Positions 40,005 to 53,880 of a DNA stretch of 64,000 bases are shown here, one piece after another (the stretch's first letter is position 1; every line of letters starts with the position of its first letter). A model generated the notes under the pieces. The model saw only the letters and a list, made by a program, of their open reading frames with translations. It was not told the DNA's origin and did no database searches. A program made the position numbers and the translations under genes. The stretch lies in assembly GCA_000165425.1 (NCBI GenBank), contig CT868009.1:1-64000 (forward strand). The letters are read 5' to 3'. The DNA is from Paramecium tetraurelia (taxonomy: Eukaryota).

Positions 40005-41466
40005 ATGATATAATTGCGTTGTAAAGTACCTTAACATAATGCAGGGATAATTGAATTTTATTGTTTTAGCAATAACTGCAAAGAGAATAGATTAAGCTGT
40101 TTATAATGCCTCGTAGATGCTAAACATAAAGGTCATCAAGTCTTGAAAATGTCATAAATGAGTGAACACACTTAAGAATTTCAAGGAAAATGTTAAGAAA
40201 TTATCGAAAACTTATCTATTTTTAAATTTCATTTAGATGGTTGTATTGATGAATTGATTAAAAACTTACAAGAAAAATTCTAATAAGAACCAAATAACAT
40301 AGGTCAATTCACTTATGATTAATTCTAATCTTATCTATCAGGGCTCCTAGATTTTGATAAAGATAAAAATATGATAGATAATGATGTGATTGAATTTCTA
40401 AAATTAACCACAAATAATATTAATGATGCTGTTGAGAAGCTTGAAGTAAAAGCAAGCTTGCATTACTAAGCTCCTCCTGAAATGCAATAAAAAGTGAGAG
40501 ATCTATAAAACTAGGGTTTATTCTTATAAGATATTTTTAGGGACTTAATTATTCTAAAATAACAATATCATGGGGGCTTAAGATATTATGAATTAAACCT
40601 TAATATTAGATCCTAACAACAAAGTTTCTTTAGTAATGAAGGGTATTCATTATACATTAAATTTTAGGTAAATTACTACTTTCTTAAACTAAAAATTGTG
40701 AAGCTTAAGCTACTTTTGAGAGATTGCTGAAAATTGATCCTAATAACATAGATGCAATTAATGGTTTAGGTATGAATTGATTTATGTCTAGGGGATTGCT
40801 TAAGAGAAAGATCTAAACATGAGGATGCACTAAAACAGTTCGAAAAAATACTTTAACTGGATTAAAACAATAAACAAGCCTTGCTCGGAAAAGGTATTAA
40901 ATGTAATTATAAAATTAAGCTTCTTGTTTAGGAAAATAGAGAAAATTTCCAGAAGCTAAATTAATATATGAAAGAATATTAGATTAAGATAAAAAGGAAA
41001 TTGAAGCAATTTGGGGTTTGGGTATTTAAATTATTAAATTTCAATAGCTGATCTCTTAAGAATTTAAGGGAAAGATGAAGAAGCAATAAAGTAATATAAT
41101 AAAGTATTATAATTAAATTAAAATCATTTGAATTCAATAAGTGGTTTGGGTATTATATGAATATTAAACAATTTCAATAGGTGAATGTTATAGACTACTT
41201 GGAAAACATGATGAGGCAATGAAATATTTGAAAAAAGCATTGCAAATAAATTCCAGACATGTATTAACTTTAGCTAGAATGGGTAAAACATGATTTATAT
41301 AATTAGGGGATTGCCTAAGACAACAAAAGAAATTTTTAGAGGCTATAAATTATTATAGCGAAGCCTTAGCCATAGATCCTCAAGATGAGTGGTCTCAGTC
41401 CAAATTGAGTAAGGTTTTATCTTATTTCAAGGTGAATGTAGAATAAATAGTCAAAGAATAATGTGA
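40005..41466 (+). CDS. B-box-like + coiled-coil + 7 TPR protein (copy A)
   Basis: N-term CKVPQH-x8-CFSNNC-x6-CLQC-x5-HKGH. Seven consecutive 102-nt exons: 40541-40642, 40668-40769, 40792-40893, 40920-41021, 41048-41149, 41181-41282 and 41307-41408. TGA at 41464-41466. Confidence 0.92.
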
Positions 41467-41506
41467 TTTTTAAAATGATATTAAGATTATTAACAAGAAT
41501 ATTATA

Positions 41507-42844
41507 TCAATCTTTACTGAGCTTAACTACTTTCGCTGGAGTATTGGCCCCTAATTTTTTGTTAGCAATTTTTCCATTAATCCATTAACCTTTAAAAGTA
41601 TTTCCATTGCATTTAATGATTTATCCATTTCCATGTTAAAGTCCTGCTTTCCAACATCCCAAATACTTTTAATTATTAGGCCAAATTAAAACACCATATC
41701 CTTCTCTCAAATCATTTATATATTGGCCATCATATTTTCTTCCATCTGGCCATTCGAAGACTCCTTTACCATTTTTGATACCATTTTTCCATTCTCCAGT
41801 GTATATTCTTCCATCAAAGAAGATTAAAGTTCCAAATCCTGAAATCAAATCATTTTCAAATCTGCCTTGATATATAGATCCATCGGGATATACCAATTTG
41901 CCCAACCCACTTTTAAATCCATCTATAAAACTTCCTAGCCTTGGAATACACATCAAAATTTACCCTCATATGTCCATCCACCAGAATACGTTTATACTCC
42001 ATGCCCATTAGGTAGGTCATTTTACCATTCACCATCATAATATGTGCCATTAGAGAATGTATACTTTCCTTTGCCTTAAACTTGCCCATCAACCCAAGTA
42101 CCTAAAAACAAATCTCCATTTGAATGTTAAAATGTGCCTTAACCATATGGTTTATTTTCAAACAATTCTCCTATGTAGAATGAATTTTCAGATAAAATAT
42201 ACTTACCAAAACCATGCATCATTCCATTCTTCCATTAACCTTCATAAAAGCAACCATTTTAGAGTTAGATACAAGGGAATTTCTGCTATTACTTGGTTGA
42301 GACTAATAATTAGTCTTATTTTTGTAACGGTATGTAGCATAGCCCATTCATTTCTGCAGAGATAGCTATAGGAGTGCTTGGAGGCCTGCTGATATCTGAA
42401 AAGGAACTAGCATCATCCTTAATGTCCTTATTTATGTGTAAAGTAATATCTGCAATGCAAAACTATTTTACATTGCTTTCTTGCTACTCATCCTATTTTT
42501 GAGGCAATCTTTTCTAGGATTATTGAATTTAAATAGTATTCTTTTTAATTTATGAAGTTTTCTCTATAATCAAACCATTGTGAGAACTCTTTTAATCTAA
42601 AATTGAAGAACTTTGTTTCTGAGCAGTTGATCTAGATAATTTAGAGTGAAATTTTCTATGTGAAATTAAGATAATACTTTCTAATTAAATAGCCTCTGAA
42701 ATGCGCTTGTATTTTAATCAATCCATTATATTCTTATTTGTCTATCTTCTTTTCAATTTGTTGCTTACTCTTTGTTGTTCTTACAGTCAATATCTCTTGG
42801 GTCTTATTTGGGGCAGAATCATTACACTGCTAACAATTTCCCAT
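41507..42844 (-). CDS. N-acylated IQ-motif MORN-repeat protein
   Basis: MGNCQQC (Gly2/Cys4/Cys7), IQ motif LIKIQAHFRGYLIRK, and about 9 MORN repeats (YTGEWKNGIKNGKGVFEWPDG). TGA at 41507-41509. Confidence 0.9.
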
Positions 42845-43481
42845 TTAACTAACTCAATTATTAATATTTATGAATGTTATCATCTAACCTACAAAACTAT
42901 AATTTTCTTATATAAAATCTTTTGTTTCAAACCATAAACATCAATCAAATTCAAAACCAAAACCAAAACAATTATATTGTCCTACTTAAGTATCATTTCT
43001 CGAAGAATTAGAATTTCCAAGGTGAAAGATAAATGAATTTATATCATCACTCTACTTCGCATTTACTAGAGATTAATTCAGAAGATCAGAATTTTTCATA
43101 AAATAAAGAAGAGTTATATGATTAAGAATTTTAGATTATTAAAAAGAATGATATAAAAATAAATATAAATTGATACACAATCGATTGTTTCATTTATAAG
43201 AAATTATTTAATCATCCATTGTTAATATAAGATCAAAAGTAAATAATGATTGGATTGAGATATCTTTAAGTAGTTTAAGTTAACCAAATAAGTAGATACC
43301 TAAGATTACAATTTTCTATGGAATCTAAATAAAGTAATATTCATATATATGGATTCATGTGTATCTATATTTTGAGTATGTTAACTATAAGAATAATTAA
43401 ATTTGTTATATACATTTGCAGTGAATCAATAATGATTGTTGATTAAATGTCATTTTATTATTAAATTTTAACTGTTAAGCC

Positions 43482-44309
43482 ATGAATACTTTCTATGCAT
43501 AGAATTTAAGTCTGAGTTAATTACGTTAATTGCCACAAGAACGTATGCATGTTAAAATGTACAAAAATGAAGAGTACTTTAAATATTGATTAAATAAGAA
43601 TAACATTGACACCTCAGAGCAATCGTAGTTAATTGAATGAAGTAAAGTGCTACTCATATTTATCAAGGCTATCGAAAATCTTGAAACGCAATGGCATTCT
43701 ATACGTAGATAACATCTAGAACAACGTTCTTGCAGTCGAAGTCCAGCCAAAAATAATCTCATGAATTAATTGCTAAAAAATAAGGATAAATAATAATAGT
43801 GTATTTTGAAAAAGGTTGTACCTTTATCAACCATAAACTTAGCCAAAATCTAAGATTAACAGCAACAATAATAAATTCAATACAATCCATAATAATCAGC
43901 TCAACGCAATCATCTTAAAGTAGTTCATTTTATATTTGTTTAGGATTCCTCCCACTTTTAATACATAGCCAATAAATACTGTAATATCTACAGAAGACCT
44001 AGTCCAGAATAATAATATTTAGTCAATTCCCTTAGAGATAATGAATAAATGAATTATTCAATAGGAAGAAATTAAGTCCCATAACAATAATACCAAAGAA
44101 ATAATCTTAAAATGTTAGATGAACGAGTGCGAGTCAATTCTCAAGATAAATACGCAGCCTAAGCATTATCCAACAGTAATATACTCAAAAAGGATGGACC
44201 TTAACGCAAAAGGGTTTCACAATATTATAAAGATGAAGAAAACAAGATGACATCTGTAAAATCACCAGCTATGTAAAATTAAAGAATTATTGCAAAAAAA
44301 AGAGCCTGA
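43482..44309 (+). CDS. Hypothetical low-complexity (Q/N-rich) protein
   Basis: Continuous ciliate-code frame after removing three 24-26 nt GT..AG introns. TGA at 44307-44309. Confidence 0.65.
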
Positions 44310-45260
44310 AGTAATGTACATTAAATCTATTTTATATTGATAAACTTGTACGTTACCCTATATATTTTTTGTTTATCCTAATATAAAATTAGTGTCTCAT
44401 TATTTTCAATAGACATTATTAACTATTTGTAATTTATGAGATAAAATAAACATCATAAAATTACTCTCTTTTCACGTAATTTGATAATTTATTAAAAGCA
44501 GTCATGCTTGAAAATGATTTTAATCTTCTTTGAAGGAACAATATAAATTAGGATTATTAATTTTAATTCATATATCGTTTAAGATTAATAATAGTCTTAC
44601 TTTTTAAATGGCAATAATCTGGAGATTTTTGTACAGAAAACAAAAACTACCACTATAAAAATCTAAAGGGGTTACATCAATATTTTAAAGTGATTTAGAA
44701 TTTAGCAATCATTTTTTGTCAATACAAATATATTTTAGGTTAGCATTTTTAAATGATATGATACTGATAAATTTCCAATCAATAATATCAATCTATACTT
44801 TAGAAATACTATGTCTCGTTATTTTACATAAATCTCAAATATTATAGGACTATGTAATCTAAAATTGAATTAGAATTAATGTTATTAGTCTATAAGAAAT
44901 TATTTATTATAAATTAATTATTTAATAAATTTAATTATGCAAACTATATATATTTGTTTTATTTAAATATCCTTGTTAAAAATTTAATTGATGAGTGCAG
45001 AGTTAATTAGTGGGTGTATAAAGGAGATATAAATTTTTAAATTGTTTATTTAAAAGCCATTTCGTAGAATGGTTTATTTTTCAAACAAAAGCAGAGTAAT
45101 AGATACGTTATAAGGGAGGTGATTCGTGTTTATATTAGAGTTTATTTATAAATTGTAATTATGTAATATACGATATGTAAAGTTCTTAATTCTCCTTAGA
45201 GTATGTGTTGTTTTTATTGATAAATATGTGAATTAGTTATATTTAACTGCAAAGTGTCTT

Positions 45261-47896
45261 ATGATAGATTTTGAATTTTCAGAAATTAGGAAGTTTATTG
45301 ATGAGAAAATAGTATTAATAAGTGAGACATAATAATACTATTGTCAAAGAGAGGAGAGTTAATTGAGAAAATTAATTAATATGGGAAAATTATGGAACTT
45401 AATTAAAAGTCAGCTTGTTATACTATTAATGAGCTTGCTTTTGATTCTTCAATGCATTTTTGGTTCAGATGAATACTACTATTTGTTTGCGGTGTTATTA
45501 TTGCAATTAGCTCGTATGGCTAGGGAGTATTTTGGAGCATCTTAATTTTAAGTGGTACTAATCATACAATATTTGGGATACATGACAGTTCTGTATTTTA
45601 GTAGTTAGAAAAATCTGTTATCGTGCATGTGTGTAATGTAGATAGGATAGACTTTAATATTTGAGAATGAATTCACGAACAAATGGTTAATAATATTGTT
45701 TTCGGTAGGAGCAGATATGCTTGTGTTATTATTATTTATGCCTGATGAAATAAGTCAAATCTATTTACCTTGTGTATCCATAGGCATAAAGACATTGACA
45801 CAATTGATCAACTAACCTAAATTAAATGGAAACTTTAACTTCAATTAAGAAAATTTGTTCGTGGATAGCAATCATCACTCTACTTATCGGATGTCAAAGG
45901 ATCGCAATTTTCATTCTGATAGTCAGCCTCCCACTCCTAAAAACGATCCTTATTAGGTGGAATTGCTGAGTTTTTTTCCTTAAGGGATAGCACTGGTTGC
46001 ATTAAATGATGATGTTTAGTTTTGCAATGAGAATATGAAAAAGATTTTTGTTTAAGATGGAAGTCAGCAATCAATTTTATAAGCAATATTTAGTTTGGAG
46101 GAGCAGCAGGTTGTGGAGTAAGCAGAGAAGTAATCAATAGAACAACCGAAATAATCGATGAGTTCTTTTTCAACATTTCAACCTGTACCTATTCAGAAGA
46201 CATAATTCACAAGTGCAGCAAGATCTCAAAATAAGTCATCAGGAACTGTGGTATAATAGTAGCTGAAGGAGAGACCATTGCCAAGAGCCTAGACATAGCA
46301 TAAATAAAATACATTGAAACTCCAGGACACTTTTATTACAGATTGTTGTGTATGAAGATCATAATAATTATTTAGGTAATCGAGTAAGAGATTCAGTGTA
46401 TGAAGAAGCAGATCTAAAGAAAGGAAGTCCAGAATTTGATGAAGACTACTCATGTGTAGGAACACATTGTGGTTTTGGGGTATATTCGATCGGAGAAACA
46501 GAAGAGAAGATAAATAGAAATCAAGTTGTATATAACATTGATCAACGACTGTCCTTACATTTTAATAGTTGCTAGAGACATAACTCATAGAGATTACATT
46601 CGAACTTTGAAGAATTACAGCAAATAGAAATCTAAGATGTTGGCCTTTGTCAGTCATGAATACAGAACTCCTTTGAATTGCATTATCGATCAATTGAATG
46701 AGAGTCTGAGAGATGAATGCAGAAATAGATCAGAGACTATCTTTTGTGAGAAGGATAAGGAGATCCATAAACATGTGAGGATTGCTTTGCATACAGCCAA
46801 ATAACTGTTGAATCTCTCCGATGATCTCCTTGATCTGGCACAAATTAGAGAAGGCAAATTTACAGCTGTCAAATAAAAGTTCAATCTAAAGAACATGATG
46901 AAGAGTTGTCTCGAGTTATTCTCAGCCACTGCTGAAAAGTAATAAATAGTCTTGAATTTGAATTACAATGCTCATGTTCCAAAGATTGTAGAACAAGATT
47001 CCAATAGAATCAAATAAATCATTATGAATTTAATAGGAAATGCCTTTAAATTCACTGAAAAAGGAAACATCACTTTGGAAGTCACCTAAGGCTCAGATAG
47101 AAAGAGAATCACCATTTCTGTGATTGACACAGGTATAGGTATTCCTGATGATGATAAGGTCAAACTATTTAAAGCTTTCGCTAAAGGCAGTAGTGAGGAG
47201 AGTAAGAAGATGAACACATAAGGAGTTGGATTGGGATTATTGATAAGTAACTAAATCTTATAAAATCTCAATGGAGACATTCAAAATGGATTAAAACTTC
47301 ATTCTCAAATTAATAAAGGATCTACTTTTTATTTTACAATTTAAATTTGCGATGTACAATAAACCTTCTCGCTTCATGATTTAGAAGAACGTAATCAGGA
47401 AAGTGAAAATTCAGAATAAAATTCTTTGTTCATTCCTGATGATGATGACAAACCTTAATAATTGAAAGTTATAACCAAAAATTAAAATATTAAAGCATCA
47501 ACTAAAGTTTCGATTGGAGATCCTAAAATTTTGATTGTGGATGATGTGTAATTAAATGTTGAAATGATTGCACGTATGATTCAAGACACTGCTGTCGATT
47601 GGGCCTTGAATGGGTATCAAGCAATACAAAAATGCAAAGAAAGAATCAAGCACAATCAGGAATTCTACAAAGTTATACTTATGGATTTAGAAATGCCAAT
47701 TATGAATGGATTTTAAGTGTCTTAAGCTATTATTACTTTGTGTGCTGAATTGGGAGCATCTACAACTATTATTGGGTGTTCGGCGTATGACTCAGAAGAG
47801 TAGATGCAAGAATGTTTAAAAGTAGGAATGACAGCATACTTACAAAAGCCTGTAGAATAGAAAGCCCTTAAAAAAATCTTATTTAAGTATCTATGA
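45261..47896 (+). CDS. Membrane-anchored hybrid histidine kinase (TM, PAS-like, HisKA, HATPase, receiver)
   Basis: N-terminal hydrophobic helices and VARDITHR. H-box FVSHEYRTPLN, N-box RIKQIIMNLIGNAFKFT, G1 DTGIGI and G2 GVGLGL. Receiver ILIVDD, ILMDLEMPIMNG and YLQKPV. TGA at 47894-47896. Confidence 0.93.
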
Positions 47897-47984
47897 ATTA
47901 TATATTCTTATTACTTATATTCTTTTCAGTTTTCTCAAATATAAATATTTTTGCCCGGAATTTTGTATAATTTAAAAATAATAA

Positions 47985-48261
47985 ATGGACCCACATCAGA
48001 TATGTAAGTAATTGCAGGAATAGTGTTATTAAGAGAACGACGATGTAACTACTTTCATTTCTAAAAGAGCTGAGAAATCGTGTGGCGGAGATGGAGGCCA
48101 AGAATGCTGAATATTAGGATCAAATTGAAGGGCTGAAATAAATAATTGAAGAAAAAGATGCCAAAATCAAACAATTAGAAGACACATTAGCTAATTTACA
48201 AAATAAGCCCATCAAAAAAACCATTTCAAAGAAGAAAGATAAGAAGTCCACTAAAAAGTGA
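47985..48261 (+). CDS. Small coiled-coil protein with basic C-terminus
   Basis: MDPHQICKQLQEQCYQENDD|LRNRVAEMEAKNAEYQDQIEGLKQ..KKKDKKSTKK*. One 25-nt intron. Confidence 0.65.
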
Positions 48262-48334
48262 TATAATAATTTACTTAAATTATCAAACACAGACCTTAAA
48301 TCAGCTGTCTTTAAACTCAAAACAGAGTTTTCAG

Positions 48335-49441
48335 ATGCTCTCTTTCTCTTATAAAATGGTCATTCTCATACAAAGAGGCTCCATATTCTCCTAATCAATA
48401 CGACATTTATCAAAAAGTACTTAATTTGAACAACCTCCATTAGAATTAGAAATTCAACTAAATAATATTTATGACTCTCAAACCAAGAACTCCAATCTAT
48501 CAATCACAGGTTTCTAAATAATTAGTGTCTATTCCTGATTCACATCACTCTAATTGATTAAAATAGATAGATAATGATTATAAGCAGATCCTTAAGGAAC
48601 GTCTTCCAGAAATCGAGAAGGATGTATTTTTTCCAAATTCAAAGTTAAAATATACCAATAATCCAATAAATAGAACAATTGACTATTAATCTACATTCTC
48701 AATAATGCAAATCTGGAAACCAGCCTTGTATTCTCGAAATGTAAATCAGATAAAAAATCAATATGAAGTAATCATCACAATAATATATTTTTAATAAATT
48801 GAACTTAAAATCATGGATCAATAGTAATAAATTAATTTCATAACATTCTAAGTTTGTTCAATGATTCTTTTATTTCTGAACATTGCTCAACTTACATCAA
48901 ACCATTAAAGTGCAATAGATTCAGATTAATCCATAGGAGATTAGGTAGTTAAATCCAAAATTTCAAGAATTATATGAATAAACAAAATAAAAATCTCATT
49001 ATTTTTAATAAAAAGCAAACAATCTACAAGAGTCTCATAAGATCAAGAAGGTAAACTTCAAATAAATAAGTATGAACTCTTAAAGTTCAGTGATATTCAG
49101 AAGAAATCCTACAAAAGATTTAATTAATCGTTAATCGCATCAAAATTAATTAAGGGAGAGCGGCAATATAATATCTCTGAGAACAAACCACTAGACAACA
49201 TTTAGCCTTTAAAGTATCCATTCTTATGTATCCAATTTGCAGCATTAAACTCAGACATAATAAACTAAACGCATATCAACCAAGTATGACTTTAGTACTG
49301 TTGGTTTAAATAACAGATGAGAATATGGAATAATAATAACAGCAGATAGAAAGAGATATTCTTACTTGCAGCTAACCAAAATTCTTGAGTCACTCTCTAA
49401 TTAGAAGTCTAAGTGACAAGCATAAATTTCCTAGTAAATGA
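48335..49441 (+). CDS. Probable coding or degraded coding region, structure unresolved
   Basis: Coding-like stretches and tiny introns end ..SLSDKHKFPSK* (TGA 49439-49441), but the 5' frames could not be joined cleanly. Confidence 0.35.
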
Positions 49442-49588
49442 AAATACTTGATTTATGCGATTAAAAATGTGAAAAAATCAGATAAATACTTGGTTATTGG
49501 TGTTGGAATTACCATAATTATTAAGAACCCTAGAAATTGAATAAAAGATCTATTAATATGAATTATGATATATATTATTTATAATTTA

Positions 49589-50170
49589 ATGCAAGAACAT
49601 CCTTTGGGATTGTTGAGTCAAGGAACAACTATATACTTAAAAAGGAGATTAAGTATTCGTTTTGATTATCTTCTGAGATCAAAACGTAGAACATCAAAAT
49701 TTCCATCTAAATATCTTTAAGGGTGGGGGAGACAACTGAATGGTGCAAGTAAGAGCACATTCAAGAATTCAAATTTATTTAAATGGTATATACTAATTGA
49801 TATTGCTTTGTTTATTAAGAGATTAAGAAAATTAAGAAATAGAAAAAACTTATCTAGAATTAATGTATTAAATGAAAAATCCAATAAGTAAATAAAAGCA
49901 GCTTTGTTTGCTATAACATTATCAATATTGTTATTGCCACTTTTATACGTTTTCAATATTGGTTTGAAGTCATATCAATATATCAATATTTATATCAGTT
50001 GTTGTCTATGTTATTAGGGAATGCTGAGATTCATTTTGTTTTTCACTCTGCCAGCCTATGTTATTTTGATAGTAATGGCAATCATTTTTGCAGGTGTAGA
50101 ATTAATTAGGTAAGTTCCGTTGTTGACCTCGAAAAAATAGAGTGTCCATTAAATACTATTTGGAAAATGA
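49589..50170 (+). CDS. Hypothetical membrane protein
   Basis: 194-codon open frame with C-terminal hydrophobic helices (AALFAITLSILLLPLLYVF; FILFFTLPAYVILIVMAIIFAGV). Small introns cannot be excluded. Confidence 0.6.
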
Positions 50171-50191
50171 TTGTATATAAAAATATTTTTA

Positions 50192-51531
50192 ATGTACTGT
50201 TAATAAGGTGGTTATCACAAGGGTAATGAGTTGCCATACATTATGAGATGAACATCTGGAGATGGTCTGTCTTCACAGTACTTGCATAGTGAAGGGAGAA
50301 GTTCTAAATTGCGTTGTTTGCATAGACGAAAGACACAAAGGTCACAAAATGATTCCCCTGTAGAAATTACTTAATCTAATTAAAAAACAAGAATCCTTAA
50401 TTATGTTAGTAACTATTACATTATCTACATTTTCAAGAACACTCTACACCAATCTCAACACTCGGAGATGCAGATTGCTCAATTAAATAAGTTGCAAGAA
50501 CAAATTAATTAGGCAATTTAAAAACAACGAGAATTGGTTGAATAACAACTCAAATTTGATAAAAGTACGTTGGCATCGTAAATTTAGTTATTATATCATA
50601 CTAGCTTATGACCTCGATTAATGAGGAAAAGCTGTTAGGCTAACTTATATAAAAATTGTTACTCAAACTTGAATACAACCCAAGAGCATAGTAATTGATC
50701 ACAAGAACTGAGTAATTAAAAGAAGAACAGCCATAAATTACCTAATTCTTGATGAATCTTACAAATTTTAAGGACACATTAAGAATCTCAAATCAGGACA
50801 CATAATTAGTACAAGCCTCAAGAACAAGTAGTACCTACCGACAAATTAGAAATAACTCAATCAACACTGAAGGCTATAGAACTATGAGATCTTTTGATCG
50901 TTCTCCCCTGTCTCCTTAACCATTTGAAGACCGGCTTTCTGTTACTCAATCTTTATCGAATCAATATTACAGACCAAATTCATAGGGAAAACCAATTATT
51001 GGGGAACCTAGTCCTCCTCCTCCTATGAGAGAAATTTCTTATAAGTTTCATTCTGAGTACCATGGTATTGGAGCTTAAGTTAAAGGAAAGCAGGTCAAAT
51101 AAGTGTTAAATACTGAAGGCAATTTGGCTTTGATTGGTCCATCAATATACGGAAATGGTTTGATTCGAGATAGTAATCTCAAATTATTGATCAGATCCTG
51201 TTAAAATTAAAACATAAGATATCCTATGGCCTTGGGAATAAGCGATTAAAAAAGAGTCAAAGAAAAACTATATCAAAAGGATTCAGAAGGATGTTATTTC
51301 CTGAATTCTCATGGATATATTACCTCTGAGAATTAGAGTAAAATTAAGTGTGGGAAACGCTTTTATAATGGAAGCTATGTGGAGTTGAAGTTCAAGCCTT
51401 TCTAAAGTGAGTTGCATATAACCATAGATGACGGAGAGCCCATAATAATTAAAATTTCATTAAGCCAATCTAAATTGATTTATTTCACTGTTAGATTAGG
51501 AGATTTGCATGATGCTATTGAGATTATGTGA
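50192..51531 (+). CDS. B-box-like + coiled-coil + SPRY/B30.2-like protein
   Basis: CQQGGYH-x8-CLHSTC-x8-CVVC-x4-HKGH, then a helical region. C-terminal beta-rich domain (MALGIS..YFLNSHGY..GSYVELKF..ELHITID..IYFTVRL). TGA at 51529-51531. Confidence 0.75.
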
Positions 51532-51636
51532 ATTGAAGATTTTGTTATAAGTTGAATTTCATAAAAATTGATAAGAATCTATTCAATTATTATATTAACA
51601 TAATTAATTAAAGTCATACTCGATAATAACTTATAT

Positions 51637-52819
<1,183 letters not shown>

Positions 52820-53880
52820 TAAATATTTTAATTAAATCCTGATAAAACGAATTTCAATTAAATTATGTAGTATCAATTATCTGCTTTCGTTTCTAATTAA
52901 TATTACTTCAATTTAAGATATAATCATTAAATATTATTAATGCTAACATTTTATGTAATTCTTAAGTTGTTACTTTACTAAAATTTGTTCTTATGGAATT
53001 TTTGAATTAATCAGATATTCATTTCTTATTTTTTAATTTTCATCAAGATTTTTAAGAAATTTAAACAATAACCGATAATGAAGATGGATGACTAAAATCA
53101 GAAAATTTGAATCTTCTAAAAAGAATGAACATTAAAAAGTGCTTCAAAAATAACATATTCTGCAAATTAACATTAACAAATAAAATAGTAAACGTTTAAA
53201 CATTATATTTAATTATATCAAACTAATTGCAATTCTAAATAGCCTTTCTAAAATTAAATAAATAAATTATCAGAAGCAACCAAAATACATAAAAATGCTT
53301 TAAATTAAATGCTAAATATGATAGTGAATCTTGAGTTTATCATATTCACTATTCTATTTGATCAATTATGTCCATATTAAAAACAGTATTAATATATTTT
53401 TCAGAAATCTTATTGAAAACAACAATACCTTATATAAAGAAACTATTTGATTATAAACTTGAAGTTTGTAATCTCCAAATAAATTATATCAAGATTTTAT
53501 TTAGAAAGCAAATGTAGTCGGAATATCGTCGGAGCCTGTGTTTTCAGAGTTGAACATAAATAATCATTATTGAGATGGTGTTATTACGGCAAATATTTTT
53601 AAGAAAATGAGATAATAATTAAAATAAATATTCTATTTAAAGCATTTGGAAAAAAGAATTCAAATAGCAAATAAAATAATTTAAGTGACTTGTTAGTTAC
53701 TATTTAGATTGAGATACCATAAAAAAAATCTATTAAACGAATAAGATTAATAATAATTTTTAAATGTATTTTAAGAATAAATATTTATTAATACATTAAT
53801 CCTATTATTTTTAAGTTCATCATAGATATTGTTTTTTAATATATTAATTAAAATATTCTTTTTAATTTAGAATCTTTACA

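Noticed and set aside
41011..41023. TTGGGGTTTGGG resembling two Paramecium telomere repeats
   Set aside because: It encodes W-G-L-G at a TPR exon/intron junction, has only two units, and is absent at the equivalent site in copy B.
40541..41431. ~127-bp periodicity as a CRISPR array or satellite
   Set aside because: There are no identical direct repeats, and the period equals a 102-nt exon plus a ~25-nt intron.
44991..45122. 44-codon ORF and small hairpin upstream of the histidine kinase
   Set aside because: Too short to separate from chance without expression data.
46348..46929. Track ORFs 46348-46575 (+) and 46690-46929 (-), and similar short ORFs overlapping Brr2, PIPK, PP4R4 and the kinase
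   Set aside because: They are alternate-frame or antisense artefacts of applying the standard code inside well-supported genes.
53510..53595. Locally GC-richer island as tRNA/ncRNA
   Set aside because: No cloverleaf, A/B boxes or clear C/D boxes.
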